64,000 bases of DNA from an uncultured Fibrobacterota bacterium. Lineage in GTDB: Bacteria; Fibrobacterota; Chitinivibrionia; Chitinivibrionales; FEN-1185. The notes below the pieces were generated by a model. It was not told where the DNA came from, ran no database searches, and worked only from the letters and a program-made list of their open reading frames with translations. The position numbers were made by a program, and so were the translations under genes. Below, one piece after another: positions 30,455 through 40,804 of the stretch (within the stretch, counting starts at the first letter, position 1; each line of letters starts with the position of its first letter). The stretch is from the NCBI GenBank assembly GCA_963729895.1, contig CAVSQB010000027.1:40761-104760 (forward strand), read 5' to 3'.

Positions 30455-30655
30455 GGGATATGTCTTTCAGGGTTTTCGCATACATTGACTTACAAAGAAT
30501 CGCGACCAAGTTAACCGGACACTACTGATACGGCATACGAAAACTTCAAACAAAAGGAGACCACGTGCGGCAAAACAAGCGTTCGTACATCGGGTGATTG
30601 TTGTCGGACTTAACTTAGGGTAACAACGTTCATTTCTAGAAGGAGGTCCAGAATC

Positions 30656-32281
30656 ATGAGGCAACTATTTGCAATTGTTCTCGCCATGTTTGTCCTTTTT
30701 GCAAATGCCAACCCAGTGTTGGCAGACAACAGTCCGGCCGCGGCTGCGCCGGCGGCCGGCACATCCACAGCTGCCGCACCAGCCGCAGCCCCGGCGGCAG
30801 CGCCCGCACCGGTACCGGACCCAAGCGGTACTAAGACCGGAAACATTAGCGACGTTCCCGCGGCGAAAGCGGGCGCCCCGACACTCAGCGAACTGGGCGA
30901 CGCGGTCGGTCATAACCGGATCTCAATCAATTTCGTGTGGACGTTGATTACGGGATTCCTTGTCATGTTCATGCAGGCCGGGTTTGCAATGGTTGAAACT
31001 GGGCTTACCAGGGCAAAAAACGCTGCGCATACCATGGCGATGAATTTTATGATTTACCCTCTTGGCATGCTGGGATTTTTTGTGTGCGGTTTTGCCTTTA
31101 TGTTTGGCGGTCTCGGGCCCATAGCCACGATGGGAAATTACGCGGGTTTAAACCATGAGTTCATTATAAACCTATTTGGAAAACCATTCGGCCTTTTGGG
31201 GTTGAAGGGTTTCTTCCTCAGCGGAACTTCATACGATGCAGCCGTCATAACGCTGTTCCTGTTCCAGATGGTGTTTATGGATACCACGGCCACAATCCCG
31301 ACCGGATCAATGGCGGAAAGGTGGAAATTCATTGCGTTCATGTTCTATGGAGTGGCTGTCGGCACCATCATTTATCCGGTTTTCGGCAACTGGGTATGGG
31401 GCGGCGGCTGGCTCTCACAGCTTGGAGCGAATTTCGGCATTGGCCATGGACATTGCGATTTTGCCGGGTCTTCCGTTGTGCACATGACCGGTGGAGTCCT
31501 GGCGTTGGTTGGCGCATGGCTGATTGGACCGCGAATAGGAAAATTCAACAAGGATGGTTCGCCTAATGCAATTCCGGGGCACAATATACCCATGGCGATC
31601 CTCGGAACATTCATTCTCGCTTTCGGATGGTTCGGCTTTAACCCGGGCTCGTCGCTTGCCGGAACCGATTTGCGGATCGGCATCATCGCGACAAACACCA
31701 TGCTTGCCTCGGCTACCGGCGCAGTGGCATCCACCCTGTGGATGTGGATATTCAAGACAAAGAAACCGGACCCGAGCATGATGGCCAACGGAATGCTTGC
31801 GGGTTTGGTGGCAATCACCGCACCGTGCGCCTTTGTCAATCCTGTAGGCGCAAGCATCATTGGATTGATTTCCGGCGTGCTGGTCGTGGAATCGGTGTAC
31901 TTCTTCGAAGGCGCCCTCAAAATAGACGATCCTGTCGGCGCCATATCCGTTCACGGTGTAAACGGCGCCTGGGGTTGCCTCTCGCTCGGCCTCTTTGCGG
32001 ACGGTACGTACGGAGACGGCTGGAATGGCGTTGCCGGCACCGTCAAGGGGCTCTTCTATGGGTGCCCCGCGCAATTTGGCGCAGAGGTCATCGGCGTCCT
32101 GACAAACTTCATCTTCGTGGGATTGATTGGGCTTCTTGTTTTCAAGTTCATCCAGATCACCGTCGGTAACAGGGTGAGCACGGCAGTTGAAATCGGCGGC
32201 CTGGACATACCGGAAATGGGAACGGCCGGATACTGCGGCGTCAAGATGGACAAATACTCCGAAACTCCAATGTCAAAGTAA
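30656..32281 (+). CDS. amtB: Ammonium transporter
   Basis: FMQAGFAMVE.G, FQMVF, DFAGS.VVH, WFGFNPGS, NG.LAGLVAIT and DDPVGAISVHG motifs. Confidence 0.97.
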   Translation: MRQLFAIVLAMFVLFANANPVLADNSPAAAAPAAGTSTAAAPAAAPAAAPAPVPDPSGTKTGNISDVPAAKAGAPTLSELGDAVGHNRISINFVWTLITGFLVMFMQAGFAMVETGLTRAKNAAHTMAMNFMIYPLGMLGFFVCGFAFMFGGLGPIATMGNYAGLNHEFIINLFGKPFGLLGLKGFFLSGTSYDAAVITLFLFQMVFMDTTATIPTGSMAERWKFIAFMFYGVAVGTIIYPVFGNWVWGGGWLSQLGANFGIGHGHCDFAGSSVVHMTGGVLALVGAWLIGPRIGKFNKDGSPNAIPGHNIPMAILGTFILAFGWFGFNPGSSLAGTDLRIGIIATNTMLASATGAVASTLWMWIFKTKKPDPSMMANGMLAGLVAITAPCAFVNPVGASIIGLISGVLVVESVYFFEGALKIDDPVGAISVHGVNGAWGCLSLGLFADGTYGDGWNGVAGTVKGLFYGCPAQFGAEVIGVLTNFIFVGLIGLLVFKFIQITVGNRVSTAVEIGGLDIPEMGTAGYCGVKMDKYSETPMSK

Positions 32282-32310
32282 CGGCGGAAGCCATAAGAAG
32301 GAGGTAATGC

Positions 32311-32652
32311 ATGAAGAAAGTGGAAGCAATTATCCGAAGAGAAAAGCTGGGGGACGTCATGAACGCCCTGGAACAGGTAAAGTGCCCTGGCATCATGATA
32401 TGCGATATTGAAGGATACGGAAAGCAAAAGGGCATTACCGAGCAGTTCCGGGGCCGGGAAGTCCAGATGAAACTTGTTCCAAAGGTCAAGCTGGAATTGG
32501 TTTTGCCGTCGACAAGGGTGCAGGAATTCGTCGGCATCATTCTAAAGGCGGCACAAACCGGTGCCGTTGGCGACGGGAAAATCTTCATCTCCGAAGTCGA
32601 GCAGGCGATCAAGATCCGTACCGGAGAAAGCGGTGAAGAGGTGGTGTCATGA
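32311..32652 (+). CDS. glnK: PII nitrogen regulatory protein (amtB-linked)
   Basis: MKKVEAIIR, G.GKQKG, PKVKLE, TG.VGDGKIF and IRTGE motifs. Confidence 0.92.
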   Translation: MKKVEAIIRREKLGDVMNALEQVKCPGIMICDIEGYGKQKGITEQFRGREVQMKLVPKVKLELVLPSTRVQEFVGIILKAAQTGAVGDGKIFISEVEQAIKIRTGESGEEVVS

Positions 32653-32858
32653 CAACCGCCATGATCGGCAGATATTTCGCCCAAATCGATAATCAGAAGA
32701 AAATCCTGTTGTGGTCTCTAATTTCGGGGGCCTTCCTGCTCCTGCTTCTGGGCGGGTACGGCCTGTTTGCCCACAGAATACTCGGGGGGTTTATTCTGGC
32801 CGCCGATGTGTGGTTCACATTCAGGATCGTCAAAATGATTCGGAAAAAAGGGAAATAG
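32649..32858 (+). CDS. Small two-TM membrane protein
   Basis: ATGA overlap with the PII gene and two hydrophobic segments. Confidence 0.55.
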   Translation: MTTAMIGRYFAQIDNQKKILLWSLISGAFLLLLLGGYGLFAHRILGGFILAADVWFTFRIVKMIRKKGK

Positions 32859-32935
32859 CGGTGGCGCTGCTCTGGGATGGAAGGCGGAATGCCTCCATCC
32901 CGGAGGACTTTCAACAGGGGAAAAGAGAGTTCTCG

Positions 32936-33976
32936 ATGACATTGGAAATGGCCGGGCTTTTCGCTATCCTGCTTGCAGTTCTGGTACTTCCCTTTACAGT
33001 GAAGATCATAGAAAAGCAGCTCGAAATATTTCTTTTGATAAGCGGAATTGGAGCGGTGACGTTAACCTCCCAATGGAATATGAAACTCTTTGCCGAGGGA
33101 CTGGGACAGCCCGTAAAGATTACACTCGCGGTTCTGGCAGCCGGAATACTTTTTAGACTGCTTCAGAATTACATAGCCGGGCTTGTCGAATGGTCGATCA
33201 AAGTGCTCGGCATAAAAAAATTCGTTTTCATCATGGTAGCGGCTCTTGGAATTGCGTCAAGCTTGATAACGGCGATCATCGCGGCGCTTGTCCTTGTGGA
33301 AATAATCAGCCATTTGAAACTGGTCAGGAAAGCCGAAATCCCGGTAGTCGTGCTGGCCTGTTTTTCCATCGGACTTGGGGCTGTTCTGACGCCGGTGGGT
33401 GAGCCTTTGTGTACCATCGCGATAGCCAAACTTGGAGGCGCGCCCTTTCACGCCGGATTCTGGTTTTTAGGCGGGAATTTGTGGATATCCGTTATCCCCG
33501 CTGTTTTTCTTTCGGCCTTCACGGCCGTACTATTTATTTCGAACGCGCAAAGGACCAATGTCGGCCTTTCCGAAGACCGGCAGGAAACATACAGGGACAT
33601 CGGCGTCAGAACACTAAAGGTTTACTTTTTCGTCATGGCCCTCATTTTCCTTGGGCAGGGTTTCAAGCCGATAATAGATACATACATTTCTCGCATACCC
33701 GTCGCAATACTATACTGGGTAAATAGTATTTCGGCAATTCTTGACAATGCGACACTTACCGCAGCGGAGATCGGGCCTTCCATGAGTCTGTCGCAGATCA
33801 ATTCGGCATTGCTCGGACTGCTGATCGCCGGGGGCATCCTGATTCCTGGGAATATTCCAAATATCATTTCCGCGGGCAAATTGAAGATTACGAGCAGGGA
33901 ATGGGCGAGAATAGGAGTTCCCGCGGGATTAGCTCTCATGGTCATGTTTTTCCCAATGGTACTGTTGTCAAAATGA
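32936..33976 (+). CDS. DUF1646-family putative ion transporter
   Basis: LPF....E..LE.FL, SS.ITAIIAAL, GLGA.LTP.GEPL, SAILDNATL.AAEI and LIPGNIPNII motifs. Confidence 0.85.
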   Translation: MTLEMAGLFAILLAVLVLPFTVKIIEKQLEIFLLISGIGAVTLTSQWNMKLFAEGLGQPVKITLAVLAAGILFRLLQNYIAGLVEWSIKVLGIKKFVFIMVAALGIASSLITAIIAALVLVEIISHLKLVRKAEIPVVVLACFSIGLGAVLTPVGEPLCTIAIAKLGGAPFHAGFWFLGGNLWISVIPAVFLSAFTAVLFISNAQRTNVGLSEDRQETYRDIGVRTLKVYFFVMALIFLGQGFKPIIDTYISRIPVAILYWVNSISAILDNATLTAAEIGPSMSLSQINSALLGLLIAGGILIPGNIPNIISAGKLKITSREWARIGVPAGLALMVMFFPMVLLSK

Positions 33977-34247
33977 GACTTTCAACTTGTTCTTCGCGTC
34001 ATGAAATGGTTGCACCGCAAACCACGGGGCCGACCCTTTGGGCAGCCCGGAAGGAGGGACAAACCGGGAATAGTGGTGACTGCGTGCCTGTTATTCGGCG
34101 GGCCGACGATGCAATCCGCTCGCCGCCCGGCGAAGCGGCACAATTTTCACCCTGCAAAAAATTCGCTTTGCAAAGTTGAGAATCATTCCGTGACGAATGA
34201 ATGTAAGACAAAACTGTGCAATTTCCACCTTTACGAAAGGATGCATC

Positions 34248-35048
34248 ATGAAAAGGTTAATGACGATGCTCGTTATTGCGGCTACTGTATTTCTCGGGGC
34301 CCACACCACACAGGCCACGCCTTCCACACAGATTTGGATTCCGTCAACCGACATACAGGGATTCGGCGTTTTTCATCTCGGCTGGGATTCGTACATCAAG
34401 ACCGCCGCGCTCAATGGAGTATTTGAACCCACGGTCACCAACGGCGGGATAACGGTAGGCGTATTGCCTTTTAAGCAGGTTGGGCTTGAGATCGGCATCG
34501 ATTATCGTGATATCAATGCCAATCATATATACCCGCTCTACTTCAACGCCAAGCTGGGGGTTCCTGAGGACGCTTTCTTCAAATACATGCCGGCGGTGGC
34601 AATCGGGGCCTTCGATTTGGGAACAAAAACGAGCGGCGCAAGTCTCACTAATTTCAACATTTCCTACGGTCTCATTGCAAAGAATATCTGGAAGCTCGGA
34701 CGCATTTCGGCCGGATATTATCTGGGCAACGACAATGCTCTGGGCGTGGCGAAGAAAGACGCCCAGGGGTTTCTGGTGTCGTGGGATCGCACGATGTCCG
34801 AGCTTACCGATAAACTCTGGCTTGCCGTGGATTATATGGGCGGATACAACAGTTACAGCGAGATAAGCGTCGGCGCCTCATACGCGATAACACCCGACGT
34901 GAGTTTTATCGTCGGATACGACGTTTGGAGCGATATCGACTATGTGAACCAAGTGGGCGGCACTCCGGCAAAACCAACGGTTACCGTCCAGTTTGACGTC
35001 AACCTGCCGGCGGTTCAGGATTGGTTCAAGAAACCGGAAAAGAAGTAA
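34248..35048 (+). CDS. Putative outer-membrane beta-barrel protein
   Basis: Signal peptide, TPSTQIWIPSTD start and alternating amphipathic strands. Confidence 0.7.
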   Translation: MKRLMTMLVIAATVFLGAHTTQATPSTQIWIPSTDIQGFGVFHLGWDSYIKTAALNGVFEPTVTNGGITVGVLPFKQVGLEIGIDYRDINANHIYPLYFNAKLGVPEDAFFKYMPAVAIGAFDLGTKTSGASLTNFNISYGLIAKNIWKLGRISAGYYLGNDNALGVAKKDAQGFLVSWDRTMSELTDKLWLAVDYMGGYNSYSEISVGASYAITPDVSFIVGYDVWSDIDYVNQVGGTPAKPTVTVQFDVNLPAVQDWFKKPEKK

Positions 35049-35077
35049 GTTCAAACATGTGGGAAAACGCATCGAAG

Positions 35078-35106
35078 AAGAGACGTCTGTCATGACGTCT
35101 CTCTTA
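35078..35106 (+). terminator. Candidate intrinsic terminator
   Basis: AGAGACGTC-loop-GACGTCTCT hairpin after the stop codon. Confidence 0.5.
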
Positions 35107-35187
35107 TCATTCCATGATGCCCGAGGTTGAGACATTTGATATGTTTGCGCAGTGTCAACTGATACTTGAGCTCAAAGGAGGTCCTGT

Positions 35188-35412
35188 ATGGTATTGATAC
35201 AAAGAGCTGCCGCTAAGCCAGGTACCACAAAGAAAGCAGGTTTTTCTTTCGGTATTAACCAATTCAAAGCAAAAGACCAGTTCAAAGCGGAAATAGAGAA
35301 GCGAGCTAAGGAAATATTTCTGAAACGTCAAGCATCGAAGGCTCCGGGAGATGCCCTTTCCGATTGGCTTCTGGCAGAGAAAGAGATGAGGGAGAAGCAT
35401 TTGTTGCCGTAG
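35188..35412 (+). CDS. DUF2934-domain small protein
   Basis: I..RA.EIF..R....G.A..DWL.AE.E motif and AGGAGG RBS. Confidence 0.8.
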   Translation: MVLIQRAAAKPGTTKKAGFSFGINQFKAKDQFKAEIEKRAKEIFLKRQASKAPGDALSDWLLAEKEMREKHLLP

Positions 35413-35673
35413 ACCTCTTTGGAGAATGGAGACGATATCTGCAGCGTACCGGGTTGTCCGGAATCAGAAAGGTCACTTGATACGGCCTTTTCGGCGAGGA
35501 AAGAAGAAGCGTTTTCCGCGATATGGTCCAAATCCCGGGATGTCGGTAGGGGGATCAACAGCTGACGCCTGCGCCGACGCGCACCTGATAATATAGACGG
35601 ACGAACGTTCGTTTTAGTAAACAAGAGCCATCCGACGTTGACGTTCCACTTCACCCGCGGGTCAATAAGTAGC

Positions 35674-37578
35674 ATGCAAGCCAATCCGCATCCAGCCTCC
35701 GATATGCCGGCCCGCGCTCTTCCGGCAAGTCTCGCCCTTGCGATGGGTGCGCTTGGCATCGTGTTCGGCGATATCGGCACCAGTCCGCTCTACGCGTTGC
35801 GCGAATGTTTTTCGGGCCAGAATCATGTCGACTTGAATTCGACAAACATCTTCGGCATGGTATCTCTCGTATTCTGGTCGCTCTTTATTGTCGTGTGTAT
35901 CAAGTATGTCTTCTTTGTGATGCGAGCGGACAACAAAGGCGAGGGTGGGATTCTCGCGCTTTCGGCGCTCGTTGACCGGATAGGCGTCAAGACTCCGCGC
36001 ATGCATGGGATTATCCTGATGCTTGGCTTGCTTGGAACGGCGCTGCTCTTCAGCGACGGTATCATCACTCCCGCCATCTCCGTCATGAGCGCTATTGAAG
36101 GTTTGGATGTGGCCACACCGTTGTTCCAGCCCTTCATCCTGCCGCTTTCCATATTGGTTCTGGTTGCCCTGTTCATGATCCAGAAGCGGGGGACGGACAC
36201 CGTTGGGAAGCTTTTCGGACCGGTGATTTGTGTATGGTTTCTCACTATTGGCGTGCTTGGGCTGGTGCAGATAATCCACTGTCCTCGTATCCTGGTTGCG
36301 CTGAACCCGCTCTATGCGGTCAGATTCTTCTTTCATAACGGCCTGCACGGTTTCTTCATGCTCAGCAACGTGTTCTTAACCGTGACCGGCGCAGAGGTGC
36401 TATATGCTGATATCGGCCATTTCGGCAAACATCCTATCCGTCAAGCATGGTATTACATGGTGTTCCCGTCGCTTATTCTAAACTACGCCGGGCAGGGCGC
36501 CTATCTCCTGCGTTCAAACGCCGTTCCGCCGCACCTGTTTTACGCATTGTGCCCGACATGGTTCTTGCTGCCATGCGTGGGAATAGCCACAGCCGCAACC
36601 GTGATCGCCTCACAAGCCGTCATTTCCGGGACGTTTTCGATTTTCAGGCAGGCCGTGGGCCTGGGCTACTGGCCGCGTATTCGTGTGATTCACACATCGC
36701 AGAACAAGATCGGTCAGGTATATCTTCCTTTTGTGAACATCATGCTCCTGGTGGGCATTCTGATGCTGATACTCTATTTTAAGGAATCGGATAAGCTCGC
36801 GGCGGCCTACGGCATCGCAGTGTCCGCCACCATGCTCATAACGACGTTTCTCTCGCTCTATTTGTCGCCCAGCGTGTGGCGCATTCCGAGACCGTTGCTT
36901 ATTACCATGTATGCCGTCATTATCCCCGTCGACCTTTCATTTTTTGTCGCCAACCTGATCAAAATACCTGCGGGCGGATGGGTGGTTGTCCTGATTGCAA
37001 TTGCGGTTTATCTGGCCATGGCGACTTGGATCAAGGGACGGACGATTCTCCACAAGAATGTTGAAGCTGCAGAATTGAACATGTGCATGTTCCTCCAGGA
37101 CATTCGTGAAACAAAACCACTTCGCGTTCCCGGCGTGGCTGTGTTTCTTTCCAGCAGCATTTCCGGCGTTTCACGCGGATTGCTGCATAATTTCAAGCAC
37201 AATAAGATTCTCCATGAAAAGACCGTAATCCTATCGGTGCTTATCGAAGACATACCTAAAGTTCCCTTTGGTGAACGGATGTCGCACAAGGATCTTGGCG
37301 AAGGGTTTCATCAAATCATTCTCAGGTACGGCTTCATTGAAACCGCGAATGTTCCGGTGGCGCTTTCCGGCGTTTCCATCCCCGGCCTTGTTTTCGAAAC
37401 CATGAAGACGACCTATTTTCTCGGAAAGGAATCTTTGATTATCACCAATGCAAAGGGAATGGCTTCCTGGAGAAAGAAAATCTTTCAGTCCATGGCGCAG
37501 AATTCGTTGGACGCATCCTCGTTCTATGCCCTACCGCTCAACCGGGTCGTGGAGCTGGGCGTGCAAGTGGAGCTGTGA
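35674..37578 (+). CDS. kup: KUP/HAK/KT potassium transporter
   Basis: GIVFGDIGTSPLY, ADN.GEGG, DGIITPAISV.SA.EG, ADIGHFG, ASQAVISG.FS and AAAYGIAV motifs. Confidence 0.96.
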   Translation: MQANPHPASDMPARALPASLALAMGALGIVFGDIGTSPLYALRECFSGQNHVDLNSTNIFGMVSLVFWSLFIVVCIKYVFFVMRADNKGEGGILALSALVDRIGVKTPRMHGIILMLGLLGTALLFSDGIITPAISVMSAIEGLDVATPLFQPFILPLSILVLVALFMIQKRGTDTVGKLFGPVICVWFLTIGVLGLVQIIHCPRILVALNPLYAVRFFFHNGLHGFFMLSNVFLTVTGAEVLYADIGHFGKHPIRQAWYYMVFPSLILNYAGQGAYLLRSNAVPPHLFYALCPTWFLLPCVGIATAATVIASQAVISGTFSIFRQAVGLGYWPRIRVIHTSQNKIGQVYLPFVNIMLLVGILMLILYFKESDKLAAAYGIAVSATMLITTFLSLYLSPSVWRIPRPLLITMYAVIIPVDLSFFVANLIKIPAGGWVVVLIAIAVYLAMATWIKGRTILHKNVEAAELNMCMFLQDIRETKPLRVPGVAVFLSSSISGVSRGLLHNFKHNKILHEKTVILSVLIEDIPKVPFGERMSHKDLGEGFHQIILRYGFIETANVPVALSGVSIPGLVFETMKTTYFLGKESLIITNAKGMASWRKKIFQSMAQNSLDASSFYALPLNRVVELGVQVEL

Positions 37579-37719
37579 TTGCTGTTTTTCGGCTTTGCAT
37601 TACTGTTCAGGATCTCCGCAACCTTGCGGCGTCCACTCCGATAAATAGAGAAATACGGACCAGATTGAAGTTGGTGCCTCAGAAATACGTAGAAGATTTG
37701 AAATAGTACATTGATAATA

Positions 37720-38292
37720 AATTGGGCGCCCCGCCCCGGTTTTTCACAATGCAGTTAGAATCAGATCGAATTCCGGATTGCCGAGCCGGTGCGGCGATAA
37801 CTAAGTCAACTAAATACGATTCTGGTTTGCTGAGCGGGTGCAGCGTGGATGTGCTCGTGGCAAGCCCGAACCTTCAGCTGCGCGCACCCTACAATCACCC
37901 GATTAACAAAATGCAATACCAAATACTTTGGTCTTCCGGCCGCAGTTGCACTATTGAGTGGAAAACCTAAAATACCTTCGCGTTTTTGTTTCTTGCGTTA
38001 GGCACGACCGTAAGGTGTGCAGAAGCACAGTGCCGGTCGGCCCCGCCGAAGGCATAGGGGCGATCCGGCACCGAGGCTGACCAGCCGACGACCCTTGGAA
38101 GCACCCGAAGGGGTGGCCCGGAGGGAGGGCCGACCCGAGTGTGGCGAGGGGAACGCCCGCTTGTTACTCTTGATTTCTGGGTGCCCCACAGCAGAAGATT
38201 GGATTATAGCAATTGCTCCAACTATGGGGTCACCCGGCACTGCTATCCAAAAGCATTTTATAATTCATATTTCCGGCTCAGCCATCCACTAG
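37720..38292. repeat. Modular intergenic element L3 (near-copy of L2)
   Basis: Repeats at 37779 and 37828. About 37896-38192 nearly identical to about 26888-27184. Confidence 0.88.
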
Positions 38293-38336
38293 CAAATTGC
38301 ATTTACATATTCGTCGTGTGGAAGCAACACCGGCCG

Positions 38337-38900
38337 TTATAATCCAAGCGTGATAATAAGACTGTCGCCCTCAATCCTCGTATCTCTCAAGAAACGTCTT
38401 GCCAGTCTTTGCTTAAAGGACGTAGAATCCAGCCGGTATACGGGAATACACGCCATATAACTGCCGGCTACGTCCAACCGCGGACCTGTGCGCTTCCCTT
38501 TCTTCTTCGAAGAATCCTTGTCCTCTACGACCATGTTGACGATTCTGACTCTTGATAGGAAGAACAAGCCCTGTTTGCACGCAAGCATGCCGTTGAGATC
38601 GACGGCTCCGGCAATACCGTTGCGCCAATTGGGGAAGAGAGGATTCGGATGGGCAGCCGACACGCGTTCGCAGTACCTGAATTTCAAGCCTATATTCCTG
38701 CCCGAAAAATAGACGAGCGGCGAATCCAGAGTGACCCCCCGGCCAAGAATATTTCTCTCACAGGGAAACTGTCTACCGACCATTTCCTGTATGCGAGTCC
38801 TGGGTATGGCAATTCGCTGGAAGCGGGCGCAACTCACCAGTGACAACAAGCACAGCGAAGAAACAACAAATCTGGTCACGAGACTTCCTCTCACAATCAC
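38337..38900 (-). CDS. DUF1439-like lipoprotein
   Basis: Lipobox LVSC, I.......QFP and PVYRLD....KQ.LA...L......D.L...LG motifs. Confidence 0.6.
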   Translation of the reverse strand: MIVRGSLVTRFVVSSLCLLSLVSCARFQRIAIPRTRIQEMVGRQFPCERNILGRGVTLDSPLVYFSGRNIGLKFRYCERVSAAHPNPLFPNWRNGIAGAVDLNGMLACKQGLFFLSRVRIVNMVVEDKDSSKKKGKRTGPRLDVAGSYMACIPVYRLDSTSFKQRLARRFLRDTRIEGDSLIITLGL

Positions 38901-38919
38901 TTTGAATCTAATGCATATG

Positions 38920-39490
38920 TATTGCTAAGCCCGTGCAGCGGTTGCAAATTTAAATTCTAGTTCACATGGTATGCTGAGCCCGTGCGGCGTGGGTGGTTTG
39001 GCGGCAAGCCCGAAACACCCGTTGCGCGCACGGCAGAAACACCCGGTTGCAAAATTCCCAACGCCAGCCTATTTCCCTGCTGACAACTCCCCCCGCGATC
39101 AGTTCCGCCTGCTTCAGGAGGGTTTCGGTTGCCAAAACATGAGTCGGGGCAGTCTGCCCCGAACCCTGACCAAAGGTGCTCTGCAGCGAGCGCCTTTGGA
39201 ATCCGCGCCGCGCCCGCAGCGCCGCCTGATCGCTCGGCCTGCGGGCCGCTCGTGAACTCACCCGGCAGGACGACGAGCAATTTCGTTCAAAGATGCCGGG
39301 CTCGGACAGCACGAGCGGGCCAATCCTCCGGCCGAGCGGGCGGCGCTGATGGCGGAAGAAAAGACAAAAGAAACTCGATCCAGCATCCTTTCCTTGCGCC
39401 GAGCGGAACGCCACTGCCACAGTCGTCAAGCCGGTTCTTTTACTGCCAACTGTCAACTTTGAACTTTCAACTTCTTCTCTATTAAGGCGT
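38920..39490. repeat. Modular intergenic element L4
   Basis: Repeats at 38923 and 38972. Palindromic module B (CCGGCAGG...TCAAAGATGCCGG...GCGCTGATGGC) in reverse orientation at about 39205-39352. Confidence 0.8.
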
Positions 39491-39574
39491 TTGCGATTAT
39501 GTGGACGTTCAGTCTCGGCGACAGAATGCACGATCAAGGATGATCGTGGCACACGCTTCGGTTTTTCTCATCCA

Positions 39575-40282
39575 TCACGCGAATGGACGGGGCACCCGTG
39601 CGCACCCCTTGTCACAAAGTGTTACATCGTGAATTTCAAGATACATAAGCGAACCGTCCCGGTGAACAGAGTTCGATTCTATGCGAATCGATTTCTTGAA
39701 AGGCGGCCCGTCAAGAACAAGAGTGTGATACTCTCCGTTCTCTCCGCACATATCAAGACCTGTATCGGCCGATTTTTGGGCCAATAATTCAAACGTGTGC
39801 ATGTCAAGCAACCTTCCTATCCAATCTTCCGTGAACCAAGGCTTCTTTACGCAGGAAAATATCACTTTGAATCCGTTTGAGATCAACCGTTTCAGCAAAA
39901 CGGCTCTGTCTAGATGCCATAAAGGACAGTGGACATCCATGCAAGATTGCTCGCTGCATTCTCTTATCCAATTCGGGTAACCATTAACTTCGGAAATGTC
40001 TCCGGTCACAAGGAGGTCGATACCGTTGTTCACTTTTAAGGCGGCGATGCAGTCTTCGTAGCTCTTCTTGTAGGGCTCTTTCACGGGCATTATGGAATGT
40101 GATATGCCGAGAGCTTCCGATTGATAAGCCATAAAGCCGAGCGGGTGAGCGCGGAATTTCTCGCCCACCGGCGCGAAAGTAACGAGATTCAGAACGTCGT
40201 GTCCAATCAACATGGAATCATGCAGAGCGAGCGCGGAATCCTTTCCGCCAGTCCAAAGAATCGATGCTTTCTTTGATTTCAT
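39575..40282 (-). CDS. Diphthine--ammonia ligase-like PP-loop ATPase
   Basis: WTGGKDS, V.GDI, PLW and D.CGENGEYHT.V.DGP.F motifs. Confidence 0.9.
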   Translation of the reverse strand: MKSKKASILWTGGKDSALALHDSMLIGHDVLNLVTFAPVGEKFRAHPLGFMAYQSEALGISHSIMPVKEPYKKSYEDCIAALKVNNGIDLLVTGDISEVNGYPNWIRECSEQSCMDVHCPLWHLDRAVLLKRLISNGFKVIFSCVKKPWFTEDWIGRLLDMHTFELLAQKSADTGLDMCGENGEYHTLVLDGPPFKKSIRIESNSVHRDGSLMYLEIHDVTLCDKGCARVPRPFA

Positions 40283-40317
40283 GAGGGTCTTCTCGTCCCT
40301 ATTTTAGTACGATGCCG

Positions 40318-40700
40318 GATTGCTGAGCCCGTGCAGCATTTGCAAATTTAAATTCTAATTCACATGGTATGCTGAGCCCGTGTGGCGAATATCTATATCA
40401 AGATAATATTTTTGTGTGTTGAGCCGGTGCGGCGATAACTAAGTCAACTAAGTACGATTCTGGTTTGCTGAGCCGGTGCGGCGTGGATGCACCCTTTGCA
40501 ATATAAAGATAGTCATTCGGGCGCCCCGTCCCTACCGGGACGGCGGCTCCACCCCTTCGGGTGCTTCGATGCGTCGTCCCTCTGGGCTCGGCCTACGGCC
40601 TCGGTGCCGGGCCGCCCTATGCCTACGGCCGGGTCGGCCGGCAATGTGCTCCGGCACGCCCTACGGTCCTGCCTGGCGCTGGACAGAAAGCTATTGCCAC
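40318..40700. repeat. Modular intergenic element L5 with four-repeat mini-array
   Basis: 18-nt repeats at 40321, 40370, 40417 and 40466 (spacers 31/29/31 nt), followed by a core variant from GGGCGCCCCGTCC. Confidence 0.88.
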
Positions 40701-40804
40701 ATATCAAGGATTTGGCAGATTCAACGGCCAGAATCAATCAACCCGCAACCGCCCGATAAAGTCTTCGATAAATTACTACGACTCTGACAGGGAGCAAGCG
40801 TTTT

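Noticed and set aside
34010..34070. c-di-GMP-I riboswitch (CGCAAACCACGGGGCC...GGCAGCC)
   Set aside because: Only the second half resembles the motif and the GGCAAAC/GAAA hairpin is not evident. An Rfam scan would decide.
35415..35670. c-di-AMP riboswitch upstream of kup
   Set aside because: Conserved GGGGGA.C and CCCGTCAGCTAAC segments were not found.
40321..40483. Canonical CRISPR array
   Set aside because: Repeats are only 18 nt and variable, spacers are reused at other loci, and there is no leader or cas gene. Kept as a repeat finding instead.
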